Origin: Eledone cirrhosa
Taxonomy: Eukaryota
NCBI GenBank assembly: GCA_964016885.1
Contig: OZ024744.1
Span: 116,374,001-116,438,000, forward strand
Length of the DNA stretch: 64,000 bases
Reading direction: 5' to 3'
This document shows, one piece after another, positions 37,201 through 52,139 of the stretch. Below the pieces are notes generated by a model. The model was not told where the DNA came from. It worked only from the letters and a program-made list of their open reading frames with translations, and did no database searches. A program made the translations under genes and the position numbers. Every line of letters starts with the position of its first letter. Positions within the stretch are counted from its first letter, which is position 1.

Positions 37201-40200
37201 ACCTCAGTACTGTTTTGCTGATGTCAGTCATTAGACTGTGGCCATACTGTGCACTGCCTTGATATATTCTACCATAAGAACCTCAGTACTGTTTTACTGG
37301 TGTCAGTCATTAGACTGTGGCCATACTGAGGCACTACCTTGATATAGACTTCCATATACACCTCAGTACTGTTTTACTGGTGTCAGTCATTAGACTGTGG
37401 CCATACCGGGGCACTACCTTGATATAGTCTACCATATCAATCTCAGTACTGTTTTACTGGTGTCAGTCATTAGGCTGTGGCCATACTGTGGCACTACCGT
37501 GATATAGTCTACCATATCAACCTCAGTACTGTTTTACTGGTGTCAGTCATTAGACTGTGGCCATACCGGGGCACTACCTTGATATAGGCTACCATATCAA
37601 CCTCAGTACTGTTTTGCTGATGTCTGTCATTAGACTGTGGCCATACTGGGGAACTACCTTGATATAGTCTACCATATCAACCTCAGTACTGTTTTACTGG
37701 TGTCAGTCATTAGACTGTGGCCATACTGGGGTACTACCTTGATATAGACTACCATATCAACCTCAGTACTGTTTTACTGGTGTCATTCATTAGACTGTGG
37801 CCATACTGAGGCACTACCTTGATATAGTCTACCATATCAACCTCAGTACTGTTTTACTGGTGTCAGTCATTAGACTGTGGCCATACTGGGGTACTACCTT
37901 GATATAGTCTACCATATCAACCTCAGTACTGTGTTACTGGTGTCATTCATTAGACTGTGGCCATACTGAGGCACTACCTTGATATAGTCTACCATATCAA
38001 CCTCAGTACTGTTTTACTGGTGTCAGTCATTAGACGGTGGCCATACTGGGGCACTACCTTGATATAATCTACCGTATCAACCTCACTACTGCTTTACTGG
38101 CGTCAGTCACTAGACTGTGGCCATACTGGGGCACTACCTTGATATAGTCTACCATATCAATCTCAGTACTGTTTTACTGGTGTCAGTCATTAGGCTGTGG
38201 CCATACTGTGGCACTACCGTGATATGGTCTACCTTATCAACCTCAGTACAGTTTTGCTGATGTCAGTCATTAGACTGTGGCCATACTGGGGAACTACCTT
38301 GATATAGTCTACCATATCAACCTCAGTACTGTTTTACTGGTGTCAGTCATTAGACTGTGGCCATACTGGGGTACTACCTTGATATAGTCTACCATATCAA
38401 CCTCAGTACTGTTTTACTCGTGTCAGTCATTAGACTCTGGCCATACTGGGGTACGGCCTTGATATAGTCTACCATATCAACCTCAGTACTGTTTTACTCG
38501 TGTCAGTCATTAGACTGTGGCCTTACTGGGGCACTACCTTGATATAGTCTACCATATCAACCTCAGTACTATTTTACTGGTGTCAGTCATTAGACTGTGG
38601 TCATACTGGGGCACTACCTTGATATAGTCTACCATATCAACCTCAGTACTGTTTTACTGGTGTCAGTCATTAGACTGTGGCCATACTGGGGCACTACCTT
38701 GATATAGTCTACCATATCACCCTCAGTACTATTTTACTGGTGTCAGTCATTAGACTGTGGTCATACTGGGGCACTACCTTGATATCGTCTACAATATCAA
38801 TCTCACTACTTTTTTACTGGTGTCAGTCTTTGGACTGTGGCCATGCTGGGGCACTACCTTGATATAGTCTACTATATCAACCTCAGTACTGTTTTACTGG
38901 TGTCAGTCATTAGACTGTGGCCATATTGGGACACTACCTTTATATAGTCTACCTTATCAACCTCAGTACTGTTTTGCTGATGTCAGTCATTAGATTGTGG
39001 CCATACTGGGGCACTACCTTGATATAGTCTACCATATCAACCTCAGTACTGTTTTACTGGTGTCAGTCATTAGACTGTGGCCATACTGAGGCACTACCTT
39101 GATATAGACTTCCATATACACCTCAGTACTGTTTTACTGGTGTCAATCATTAGACTGTGGCCATACCGGGGCACTACCTTGATATAGTCTACCATATCAA
39201 TCTCAGTACTGTTTTACTGGTGTCAGTCATTAGGCTGTGGCCATACTGTGGCACTACCGTGATATAGTCTACCATATCAACCTCAGTACTGTTTTACTGG
39301 TGTCAGTCATTAGACTGTGGCCATACCGGGGCACTACCTTGATATAGGCTACCATATCAACCTCAGTACTGTTTTGCTGATGTCTGTCATTAGACTGTGG
39401 CCATACTGGGGAACTACCTTGATATAGTCTACCATATCAACCTCAGTACTGTTTTACTGGTGTCAATCATTAGACTGTGGCCATACTGGGGTACTACCTT
39501 GATATAGACTACCATATCAACCTCAGTACTGTTTTACTCGTGTCAGTCAATAGACTGTGGCCATACTGGGGTACTGCCTTGATATAGTCTACCATATCAA
39601 CCTTAGTACTGTTTTACTTGTGTCAGTCATTAGACTGTGGCCATACTGGGGCACTACCTTGATATAGTCTACCATATCAACCCCAGTACTATTTTACTGG
39701 TGTCAGTCATTAGATTGTGGGCATACTGGGGCACTACCTCGATGTAGTCTACCATATCAATCTCAGTACTGTTTTACTGGTGTCAAACACTAGACTGTGG
39801 CCATACTGGGGCACTACCTTGATATAGTCTTCCATATCAATTTCACTACTGTTTTACTGGTGTCAGACATTAGACTGTGGCCATACTGGGCACCACCTTG
39901 ATATAGTCTACCATATCAACCTCACTACTGTTTTACTGGTGTCAGTCATTAGACTGTGGCCATACTGGTGCACTACCAAGATACAGTCAACCACATGAAC
40001 CTCAGTATTGGTTTACTTGTGTCAGTCATTAGACTGTGGCCATACTGGGGCACTACCTTGATATAGTCTACCATATCAACCTCAGTACTGTTTTACTGGT
40101 GTCTGTCATTAGACTGTGGCCATACTGGGGCACTACCTTGATATAGACTACCATAGCAATCTCACTACTGCTTTACTGGTGTCAGTCAGTAGACTGTGGC

Positions 40201-40890
40201 CATACTGGGGCACTACCTTGATATAGTCTACCTTATCAACCTCAGTGAGTGTTTTACTGTTGTCATTCATTAGACTGTGGCCATAATGGGGCACTACCTT
40301 GATATAGTCTACCATGTCAACCTCACAACTGTTTTACTGGTGTCAGTCATTAGACTGTGGCCATACTGGGGCACTACCTTGATATAGTCTACCATATCAA
40401 TCTCAGTACTGTTTTACTGGTGTCAGTCATTAGACTGTGGCCATACTGGGGCACTACCTTGATATAGTCTACCATATCAACCTCAGTACTGTTTTACTGG
40501 TGTCAGTCATTAGATTGTGGCCATACTGGGGCACTACCTTGATATAGTCTACCATATCAATATCACTAATGTTTTACTGGTGTCAGTCATTAGACTGTGG
40601 CCATACTGGGGCACTACCTTGATATAGTCTTCCATATCAACCTCAGTACTGTTTTACTGGTGTCAGTCATTAGACTGTGGCCATACCGGGGCACTACCTT
40701 GATATAGTCTACCATATCAATATCAGTACTGTTTTACTGGTGTCAGTCATTAGGCTGTGGCCATACTGTGGCACTACCATGATATAGTCTACCATATCAA
40801 CCTCACTACTGATTTGCTGATGTCAGTCATTAGACTATGGCCATACTGGGGAACTACCTTGATATAGTCTACCATATCAACTTCAGTACT
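31290..40890. repeat. Near-identical tandem duplication of 59-61 monomers (offsets 4718 then 4878 bp); ends approximate
   Basis: ORF twins are 31960/36678 and 33799/38677. Shared 79-bp and 81-bp variants match, as do CTGATTTGCTGATG...GACTAT at about 35930/40810. Confidence 0.88.
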
Positions 40891-41349
40891 GATTTACTGG
40901 TGTCAGTCATTAGACTGTGGCCATACTGGGGTACTACCTTGATATAGACTACCATATCAACCTCAGTACTGTTTTACTCATGTCAGTCAATAGACTGTGG
41001 CCATACTGGGGTACTGCCTTGATATAGTTTACCATATCAACCTCAGTACTGTTTTACTCGTGTCAGTCATTAGACTGTGGCCATACTGGGGCACTACCTT
41101 GATATAGTCTACCATATCAACCCCAGTACTATTTTACTGGTGTCAGTCATTAGACTGTGGCCATACTGGGGCACTACCTTGATGTAGTCTACCATATCAA
41201 TCTCACTAATGTTTTACTGGTGTCAGACATTAGACTGTGGCCATACTGGGGCACTACCTTGATATAGTCTATCATATCAACCTCAGTACTGTTTTTCTGG
41301 TGTCAGTCATTGGACTGTGGCCATGCTGGGGCACTACCTCTATATAGTC

Positions 41350-44300
41350 TACCATATCAACCTCACTACTGTTTTACTGGTGTCAGTCATTAGACTGTGG
41401 CCATACTGGTGCACTACCAAGATACAGTCAACCACATGAACCTCAGTATTGGTTTACTTGTGTCAGTCATTAGACTGTGGCCATACTGGGGGACTACCTT
41501 GATATAGTCTACCATATCAACCTCAGTACTGTTTTACTGGTGTCAGTCATTAGACTGTGGCCATACTGGGGCACTACCTTGATATAGTCTACCATATCAA
41601 CTTCAGTAATGTTTTACTGGTGTCAGTCATTAGACTGTGGCCATACTGGGGCACTACCTTGATATAGTCTACCATATCAACCTCAGTACTGTTTTACTGG
41701 TGTCAGTCATTAGATTGTGGCCATACTGGGGCACTACCTTGATATAGTCTACCATATCAATATCACTAATGTTTTACTGGTGTCAGTCATTAGACTGTGG
41801 CCATACTGGGGCACTACCTTGATATAGTCTACCATATCATCCTCAGTACAGTTTTACTGGTGTCAGTCATTAGACTGTGGCCATACTGGGGCACTACCTT
41901 GATATAGTCTACCATATCAACCTGAGTACTGTTTTACTGGTGTCAGTCACTAGACTGTGGCCATACTGGGGCACTACATTGATATAGTCTACCATATCAA
42001 CCTGAGTACTGTTTTACTGGTGTCAGTCATTTGACTGTGGCCATACTGAGGCATTACCTTGATATTGTCTACCATATCAACCTCAGTTCTGTTTTACTGG
42101 TGTCAGTTATTAGACTGTGGCCATACAGGGGCACTACCTTGATATAGTCTACCATATCAATCTCAGTACTGTTTTACTGGTGTCAGTCATTAGACTGTGG
42201 CCATACAGGGGCACTACCTTGATATAGTCTACCATATCAACCTCCCTACTGTTTGACTGGTGTCAGTCATTAGACTGTGGCCATACTAGGGCACTACCTT
42301 GATATAGTCTACCATATCAACCTCTGTCCTGTTTTACTGGTGTCAGTCATTAGACTGTGGCCATACTGGGGCACTACCTTGATATAGTCTACCATATCAA
42401 CCTCAGTACTGTTTTACTGGTGTCAGTCATTAGACTGTGGCGATACTGAGGCACTACCTTGATATAGTCTACCATATCAACCTCACTACTGTTTTACTGG
42501 TGTCAGTCATTAGACTGTGTCCATACTGGGGCTCTACCTTAATATAGTCTACCATATCAACCTCACTACTGTTTTACTGGTGTCAGTCATTAGACTCTGG
42601 CCATACTGGGGCACTACCTTGATATAGTCTACCATATCAACCTCAGTACTGTTTTACTGGTGTCTGTCATTAGACTGTGGCCATACTGGGGCACTACCTT
42701 GATATAGACAACCATATCAATCTCACTACTGCTTTACTGGTTTCAGTCATTAGACTGTGGCCATACTGGGGCACTACCTTGATATAGTCTCCCTTATCAA
42801 CCTCAGTGAGTGTTTTACTGTTGTCATTCATTAGACTGTGGCCATACTGGGGCACTACCTTGATATAGTCTTCCATATCAACCTCAGTACTGTTTTACTG
42901 GTGTCAGTCATTAGACTGTGGCCATACCGGGGCACTACCTTGATATAGTCTACCATATCAACCTCAGTACTGTTTTACTGGTGTCAGTTATTAGACTGTG
43001 GCGATACAGGGGCACTACCTTGATACAGTCTACCATATCAACCTCAGTACTGTTTTACTGGTGTCAGCCATTAGACTGTAGCCATACTGGGGCACTACCT
43101 TGATATAGTCTACCATATCAACCTCAGTACTGTTTTACTGGTGTCAATCATTAGACTGTGGCCATACTGGGGCACTACCTTGATATAGTCTACCATATCA
43201 ACGTCACTACTGTTTTACTGGTGTCAGTCATTAGACTGTGGTCATACTGGGGCACTACCTTGATATAGACTACCATATCAACCTCACTACTGTTTGACTG
43301 GTGTCAGTCATTAGACTGTGGCCATACTGGGGCACTACCTTGATATAGTCTACCATATCAACCTCTGTACTGTTTTACTGGTGTCAGTCATTAGACTGTG
43401 GCGATACTGAGGCACTACCTTGATATAGTCTACCATATCAACCTCACTACTGTTTTACTGGTGTCAGTCATTAGACTGTGTCCATACTGGGGCTCTACCT
43501 TAATATAGTCTACCATATCAACCTCACTACTGTTTTACTGGTGTCAGTCATTAGACTCTGGCCTTACTGGGGCACTACCTTGATATAGTCTACCATATCA
43601 TTCTCAGTACTGTTTTACTGGTGTCTGTCATTAGACTGTGGCCATACTGGGGCACTACCTTGATATAGACAACCATATCAATCTCACTACTGCTTTACTG
43701 GTGTCAGTCATTAGACTGTGGCCATACTGGGGCACTACCTTGATATAGTCTCCCTTATCAACCTCAGTGAGTGTTTTACTGTTGTCATTCATTAGACTGT
43801 GGCCATACTGGGGCACTACCTTGATATAGTCTACCATGTCAACCTCAGTACTGTTTTACTGGTGTCAGTCATTGGACTGTGGCCATGCTGGGGCACTACC
43901 TCTATATAGTCTACCATATCAACCTCACTACTGTTTTACTGGTGTCAGACACTAGACTGTGGCCATACTGGGGCACTACCTTGATATAGTCTCCCATATC
44001 AACCTCACTACTGTTTTACTGGTGTCAGTCATTAGACTGTGGCCATACTGGTGCACTACCAAGATACAGTCAACCACATGAACCTCAGTATTGGTTTACT
44101 TGTGTCAGTCATTAGACTGTGGCCATACTGGGGGACTACCTTGATATAGTCTACCATATCAACCTCAGTACTGTTTTACTGGTGTCAGTCATTAGACTGT
44201 GGCCATACTGGGGCACTACCTTGATATAGTCTACCATATCAACTTCAGTAATGTTTTACTGGTGTCAGTCATTAGACTGTGGCCATACTGGGGCACTACC

Positions 44301-47300
44301 TTGATATAGTCTACCATATCAACCTCAGTACTGTTTTACTGGTGTCAGTCATTAGATTGTGGCCATACTGGGGCACTACCTTGATATAGTCTACCATATC
44401 AATATCACTAATGTTTTACTGGTGTCAGTCATTAGACTGTGGCCATACTGGGGCACTACCTTGATATAGTCTACCATATCATCCTCAGTACAGTTTTACT
44501 GGTGTCAGTCATTAGACTGTGGCCATACCGGGGCACTACCTTGATATAGTCTACCATATCAACCTGAGTACTGTTTTACTGGTGTCAGTCACTAGACTGT
44601 GGCCATTCTGGGGCACTACATTGATATAGTCTACCATATCAACCTCAGTACTGTTTTACTGGTGTCAGTCATTAGACTGTGGCCATACTGGGGCACTACA
44701 TTGATATAGTCTACCATATCAACCTGAGTACTGTTTTACTGGTGTCTGTCATTAGACTGTGGCCATACTGGGGCACTACCTTGATATAGACAACCATATC
44801 AATCTCACTACTGCTTTACTGGTTTCAGTCATTAGACTGTGGCCATACTGGGGCACTACCTTGATATAGTCTCCCTTATCAACCTCAGTGAGTGTTTTAC
44901 TGTTGTCATTCATTAGACTGTGGCCATACTGGGGCACTACCTTGATATAGTCTTCCATATCAACCTCAGTACTGTTTTACTGGTGTCAGTCATTAGACTG
45001 TGGCCATACCGGGGCACTACCTTGATATAGTCTACCATATCAACCTCAGTACTGTTTTACTGGTGTCAGTTATTAGACTGTGGCGATACAGGGGCACTAC
45101 CTTGATACAGTCTACCATATCAACCTCAGTACTGTTTTACTGGTGTCAGCCATTAGACTGTAGCCATACTGGGGCACTACCTTGATATAGTCTACCATAT
45201 CAACCTCAGTACTGTTTTACTGGTGTCAATCATTAGACTGTGGCCATACTGGGGCACTACCTTGATATAGTCTACCATATCAACGTCACTACTGTTTTAC
45301 TGGTGTCAGTCATTAGACTGTGGTCATACTGGGGCACTACCTTGATATAGACTACCATATCAACCTCACTACTGTTTGACTGGTGTCAGTCATTAGACTG
45401 TGGCCATACTGGGGCACTACCTTGATATAGTCTACCATATCAACCTCTGTACTGTTTTACTGGTGTCAGTCATTAGACTGTGGCGATACTGAGGCACTAC
45501 CTTGATATAGTCTACCATATCAACCTCACTACTGTTTTACTGGTGTCAGTCATTAGACTGTGTCCATAATGGGGCTCTACCTTAATATAGTCTACCATAT
45601 CAACCTCACTACTGTTTTACTGGTGTCAGTCATTAGACTCTGGCCATACTGGGGCACTACCTTGATATAGTCTACCATATCAATCTCAGTACTGTTTTAC
45701 TGGTGTCTGTCATTAGACTGTGGCCATACTGGGGCACTACCTTGATATAGACAACCATATCAATCTCACTACTGCTTTACTGGTGTAAGTCATTAGACTG
45801 TGGCCATACTGGGGCACTACCTTGATATAGTCTCCCTTATCAACCTCAGTGAGTGTTTTACTGTTGTCATTCATTAGACTGTGGCCATATTGGGACACTA
45901 CCTTTATATAGTCTACCTTATCAACCTCAGTACTGTTTTGCTGATGTCAGTCATTAGATTGTGGCCATACTGGGGCACTACCTTGATATAGTCTACCATA
46001 TCAACCTCAGTACTGTTTTACTGGTGTCAGTCATTAGACTGTGGCCATACTGAGGCACTACCTTGATATAGACTTCCATATACACCTCAGTACTGTTTTA
46101 CTGGTGTCAGTCACTAGACTGTGGCTATTCTGGGGCACTACATTGATATAGTCTACCATATCAACCTCAGTACTGTTTTACTGGTGTCAGTCATTAGACT
46201 GTGGCCATACTGGGGCACTACATTGATATAGTCTACCATATCAACCTGAGTACTGTTTTACTGGTGTCAGTCATTTGACTGTGGCCATACTGAGGCATTA
46301 CCTTGATATTGTCTAGCATATCAACCTCAGTACTGTTTTACTGGTGTCAGTTATTAGACTGTGGCCATACAGGGGCACTACCTTGATATAGTCTACCATA
46401 TCAATCTCAGTACTGTTTTACTGGTGTCAGTCATTAGACCGTGGCCATACTGGGGCACTACCTTGATATTGTCTACCATATCAACCTCAGTACTGTTTTA
46501 CTGGTTTCAGTTATTAGACTGTGGCCAGACTGGGGCACTACCTTGATATAGTCTACCATATCCACCTCACTACTGTTTTACTGGTGTCAGTTATTATGCT
46601 GTGGCCATACTGGCGCACTAACCTTGATATTGTCTACCATATCAACCTCCCTACTGTTTGACTGGTGTCAGTCATTAGACTGTGGCCATACTAGGGCACT
46701 ACCTTGATATAGTCTACCATATCAACCTCTGTCCTGTTTTACTGGTGTCAGTCATTAGACTGTGGCCATACTGGGGCACTACCTTGATATAGTCTACCAT
46801 ATCAACCTCAGTACTGTTTTACTGGTGTCAGTCATTAGACTGTGGCGATACTGAGGCACTACCTTGATATAGTCTACCATATCAACCTCACTACTGTTTT
46901 ACTGGTGTCAGTCATTAGACTGTGTCCATACTGGGGCTCTACCTTAATATAGTCTACCATATCAACCTCACTACTGTTTTACTGGTGTCAGTCATTAGAC
47001 TCTGGCCATACTGGGGCACTACCTTGATATAGTCTACCATATCAACCTCAGTACAGTTTTACTGGTGTCTGTCATTAGACTGTGGCCATACTGGGGCACT
47101 ACCTTGATATAGACAACCATATCAATCTCACTACTGCTTTACTGGTTTCAGTCATTAGACTGTGGCCATACTGGGGCACTACCTTGATATAGTCTCCCTT
47201 ATCAACCTCAGTGAGTGTTTTACTGTTGTCATTCATTAGACTGTGGCCATACTGGGGCACTACCTTGATATAGTCTTCCATATCAACCTCAGTACTGTTT

Positions 47301-48400
47301 TACTGGTGTCAGTCATTAGACTGTGGCCATACCGGGGCACTACCTTGATATAGTCTACCATATCCACCTCACTACTGTTTTACTGGTGACAGTTATTATG
47401 CTGTGGCCATACTGGCGCACTTATCTTGATATTGTCTACCATATCAACCTCCCTACTGTTTTACTGGTGTCAGTTATTAGACTGTGGCGATACAGGGGCA
47501 CTACCTTGATACAGTCTACCATATCAACCTCAGTACTGTTTTACTGGTGTCAGCCATTAGACTGTAGCCATACTGGGGCACTACCTTGATATAGTCTACC
47601 ATATCAACCTCAGTACTGTTTTACTGGTGTCAATCATTAGACTGTGGCCATACTAGGGCACTACCTTGATATAGTCTACCATATCAACGTCACTACTGTT
47701 TTACTGGTGTCAGTCATTAGACTGTGGTCATACTGGGGCACTACCTTGATATAGACTACCATATCAACCTCACTACTGTTTGACTGGTGTCAGTCATTAG
47801 ACTGTGGCCATACTGGGGCACTACCTTGATATAGTCTACCATATCAACCTCTGTACTGTTTTACTGGTGTCAGTCATTAGACTGTGGCCATACTGGGGCA
47901 CTACCTTGATATAGTCTACCATATCAACCTCAGTACTGTTTTACTGGTGTCAGTCATTAGACTGTGGCGATACTGAGGCACTACCTTGATATAGTCTACT
48001 ATATCAACCTCACTACTGTTTTACTGGTGTCAGTCATTAGACTGTGTCCATACTGGGGCTCTACCTTAATATAGTCTACCATATCAACCTCACTACTGTT
48101 TTACTGGTGTCAGTCATTAGACTCTGGCCAAACTGGGGCACTACCTTGATATAGTCTACCATATCAATCTCAGTACTGTTTTACTGGTGTCTGTCATTAG
48201 ACTGTGGCCATACTGGGGCACTACCTTGATATAGACAACCATATCAATCTCACTACTGCTTTACTGGTGTCAGTCATTAGACTGTGGCCATACTGGGGCA
48301 CTACCTTGATATAGTCTCCCTTATCAACCTCAGTGAGTGTTTTACTGTTGTCATTCATTAGACTGTGGCCATACTGGGGCACTACCTTGATATAGTCTAC
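41350..48400. repeat. Higher-order repeat with a 12-17 monomer unit nested in 2.1-2.3 kb blocks; ends approximate
   Basis: The 81-bp TCTCCCTTATCAACCTCAGTGAGTG variant recurs at about 42790, 43750, 44870, 45830, 47195 and 48315. ORF twins are 42694/44776/47099. Confidence 0.82.
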
Positions 48401-51400
48401 CATATCAATCTCAGTACTGTTTTACTGGTGTCAGTCATTAGACTGTGGCCATCCTGGGGCACTACCTTGATATAGTCTACCATATCAACCTCAGTACTGT
48501 TTTACTGGTGTCAGTCATTAGACTGTGGTCATACTAGGGCACTACCTTGATATAGTCTACCTTATCAACCTCAGTGAGTGTTTTACTGTTGTCATTCATT
48601 AGACTGTGGCCATACTGGGGCACTACCTTGATATAGTCTACCATGTCAACCTCAGTACTGTTTTACTGGTGTCAATCATTAGACTGTGGCCATACTGGGT
48701 CACTACCTTGATATAGTCTTCCATATCAACCTCAGTACTGTTTTACTGGTGTCAGTCATTAGACTGTGGCCATACTGGGGCACTACCTTGATATAGTCTA
48801 CCATATCAACCTCATTAGTGTTTTCTTGGTGTCAGTCAATAGACTGTGGCCATACTGGGTCACTACCTTGATATAGTCTACCATATCAACCTCAGTAGTG
48901 TTTTCTTGGTGTCAGTCAATAGACTGTGGCCATACTAGGGTACTACATTGATATAGTGTACCATATCAACCTCACTACTGTTTTACTGGTGTCTGTAATT
49001 AGAGTGTGGCCATACTGGGCCACTACCTTGATATAGACAACCATATCAACCTCAGTACTGTTTTACTGGTGTCAGTCATTAGACTGTGGCCATACTGGGG
49101 CACTACCTTGATATAGACAACCATATCAACCTCAGTACTGTTTTACTGGTGTTAGTCATTAGACTGTGGCCATACTGGGGCACTACCTTGATATAGTCTA
49201 CCATATCAACCTCAGTACTGTTTTACTGCTGTCAGTCATTAGAGTGTGGCCATACTGGGGCACTACCTTGTTATAGTCTAACATATCAACCTCAGTACTG
49301 TTTTACTGGTGTCAGTCATTAGGCTGTGGCCATACTGGGGCACTACCTTGATATAGTCTACCATATCAACCTCACTACTGTTTTACTGGTGTCAGTCATT
49401 AGACTGTGGCCATACTGGGGCACTACCTTGATATAGTCTACCATATCAACCTCAGTACTGTTTTACTGATGTCACTCATTAGATTGTGGCCATACTGGGG
49501 CACTACCTTGATATAGTCTACCATATCAATCTCACTACAGTTTTACTGGTGTCCGTCATTAGACTGTGGCCATACTGGGGCACTACCTTGATATAGTCTA
49601 CCATATCAACCTCACTACTGTTTTACTGGTGTCAGTCATTAAACTGTGGCCATACTGGGGCACTACCTTGATATAGTCTACCATATCAACCTCAGTACTG
49701 TTTTACTGGTGTTAGTCATTAGACTGTGGCCATAATGGGGCACTATCTTGATATAGTCTACCATATCAACCTCATTACTGTTTTAGTGGTGTTAGTCTTT
49801 AGACTGTGGCCATACTGGGGCACTACCTTGATATAGTCTACCATATCAACCTCAGGACTGTTTTACTGGTGTCAGACTGTGGACATACTGGGGCACTACC
49901 TTGATATAGTCTACCATATCAACCGCAGTACTGTTTTACTGGTGTCAGTCATTAGACTGTGGCCATACTGGGGCACTACCTTGATATAGTCTACCATATC
50001 AATCTCACTACTGTTTTACTGGTGTCAGACTGTGGCCATACTGGGGCACTACCTTGATATAGTCTACCATATCAACCGCAGTACTGTTTTACTGGTGTCA
50101 GTCATTAGACTGTGGCCATACTGGGGCACTACCTTGATATAGTCTACCATATCAATCTCACTACTGTTTTACTGGTGTCAGACTGTGGCCATACTGGGGC
50201 ACTACCTTGTTATAGTCTACCATATCAACCTCAGTACTGTATTACTGGTGTCAGTCATTTGACTGTGGCCATACTGGGGCACTACCTTGATATAGTTTAC
50301 CATATCAACCTCAGTACTGTTTTACTGGTGTCAGTCATTAGAGTGTGGCCATACTGGGGCACAACCTTTATATGGTCCACCATATCAACCTCAGTACAGT
50401 TTTACTGGTGTCAGTTATTAGAGTGTGGCCATACCGGGGCACTACCTTGATATAATCTACCATATCAACCTCAGTACAGTTTTACTGGTGTCATTCATTA
50501 GACTGTGGCCATACTGGGGTAATACCTTGATATAGTCTACCCTATCAACCTCAGTAGTGTTTTACTGGTGTCAGTCCTTAGATTGTGGCCATACTGGGGC
50601 ACTACTTTGATATAGTCTACCATATCAACCTCACTACCGTTTTACTGGTGTCAGTTATTAGACTGTGGCTATACTGGGGCACTACCTTGATATAGTCTAC
50701 CATATCAACCTCAGTACTGTTTTACTGGTGTCAGTCATTAGACTGGGGCCATACTGGGGCACTACCTTGATATAGTCTACCATATCAACCTCAGTACTGT
50801 TTTACTGGTGTCACTCACTAGACTGTGACCATACTGGGGCACTACCTTGATATAGTCTACCATATCAACCTCACTACCGTTTTACTGGTGTCAGTTATTA
50901 GACTGTGGCCATACTGTGGCACTACCTGTATACAGTCTACCATATCAACCTCACTACTGTTTTACTGGAGTCAGTCATTAGACTGTGGCCATACTGGGGC
51001 AATACCTTGATATAGTCTACCATATCAACCTCAGTTCTGTTTTACTGTTGTCCGGCATTAGACTGTGGCCATACTCGGGCACTAGCTTGATGTAATCTAC
51101 CATATCAACCTCAGTACTGTTTTACTGGTGTCAGTCATTAGACTGTGGCCATACTGGGGCACTACCTGTATACAGTCTACCATATCAATCTCACTACAGT
51201 TTTACTGGTGTCAGTCATTAGACTGGGGCCATACTGTGGCACCACCTTGATATAGTCTACCATATCAACTTCAGTACTGTTTTACTGGTGTCAGTCATTA
51301 GACTGTGGCCATACTGGGGCACTACCTTGATACAGTCTACCATATCAACCTCAGTACTGTTTTACATCTGTCAGTCACTAGACTGTGGCCATACTGGGGC

Positions 51401-52139
51401 ACTACCTTGATATAGTCTACCATATCAACCTCAGTACTGTTTTACTGGTGTCAGTCATTAGACTGTGGCCATACTGGGGCACTACCTTGATATAGTCTAC
51501 CATATCAACCTCAGTACTGTTTTACTGGTGTCAGTCATTAGACTGCAGCCATACTGGGGCACTACCTTGATATAGTCTACCATATCATCCTCAGTACTGT
51601 TTTACTGGTGTCAGTCATTAGAGTGTGGCCATACTGGGGCACTAGCTTGATATAGTCTACCATATCAACCTCACTACTGTTTACTGGTGTCAGTTATTAG
51701 ACTGTGGCCATACTGAGGTACTACCTTGATATAGTCTACCATATCAACCTCGGTTCAGTTTTACTGGTGTCATTCATTAGACTGTGGCCATACTGGGGCA
51801 CTACCTTGATATAGTCTACCATATCAACCTCAGTACTGTTTTACTGGTGTCAGTCATTACACTGTGGTCATACTGGGGCACTACGTTGATATAGTCTACC
51901 ATATAAATCTCAGGACTGCTTTACTGGTGTCAGTCGTTAGACTGAGGCCATACTGGGGCACTACCTTGATATAGTCTACCATATCAACCTCATTACTGTT
52001 TTACTGGTGTCAGTCATTGGACTGTGGCCATACTGGGGCACTACCTTGATATAGTCTACCATATCAACCTCAGTACAGTTTTACAGGTCTCAGTCATTAG
52101 GCTGTGGTCATACTGGGGCACTACCTTGATATAGTCTAC

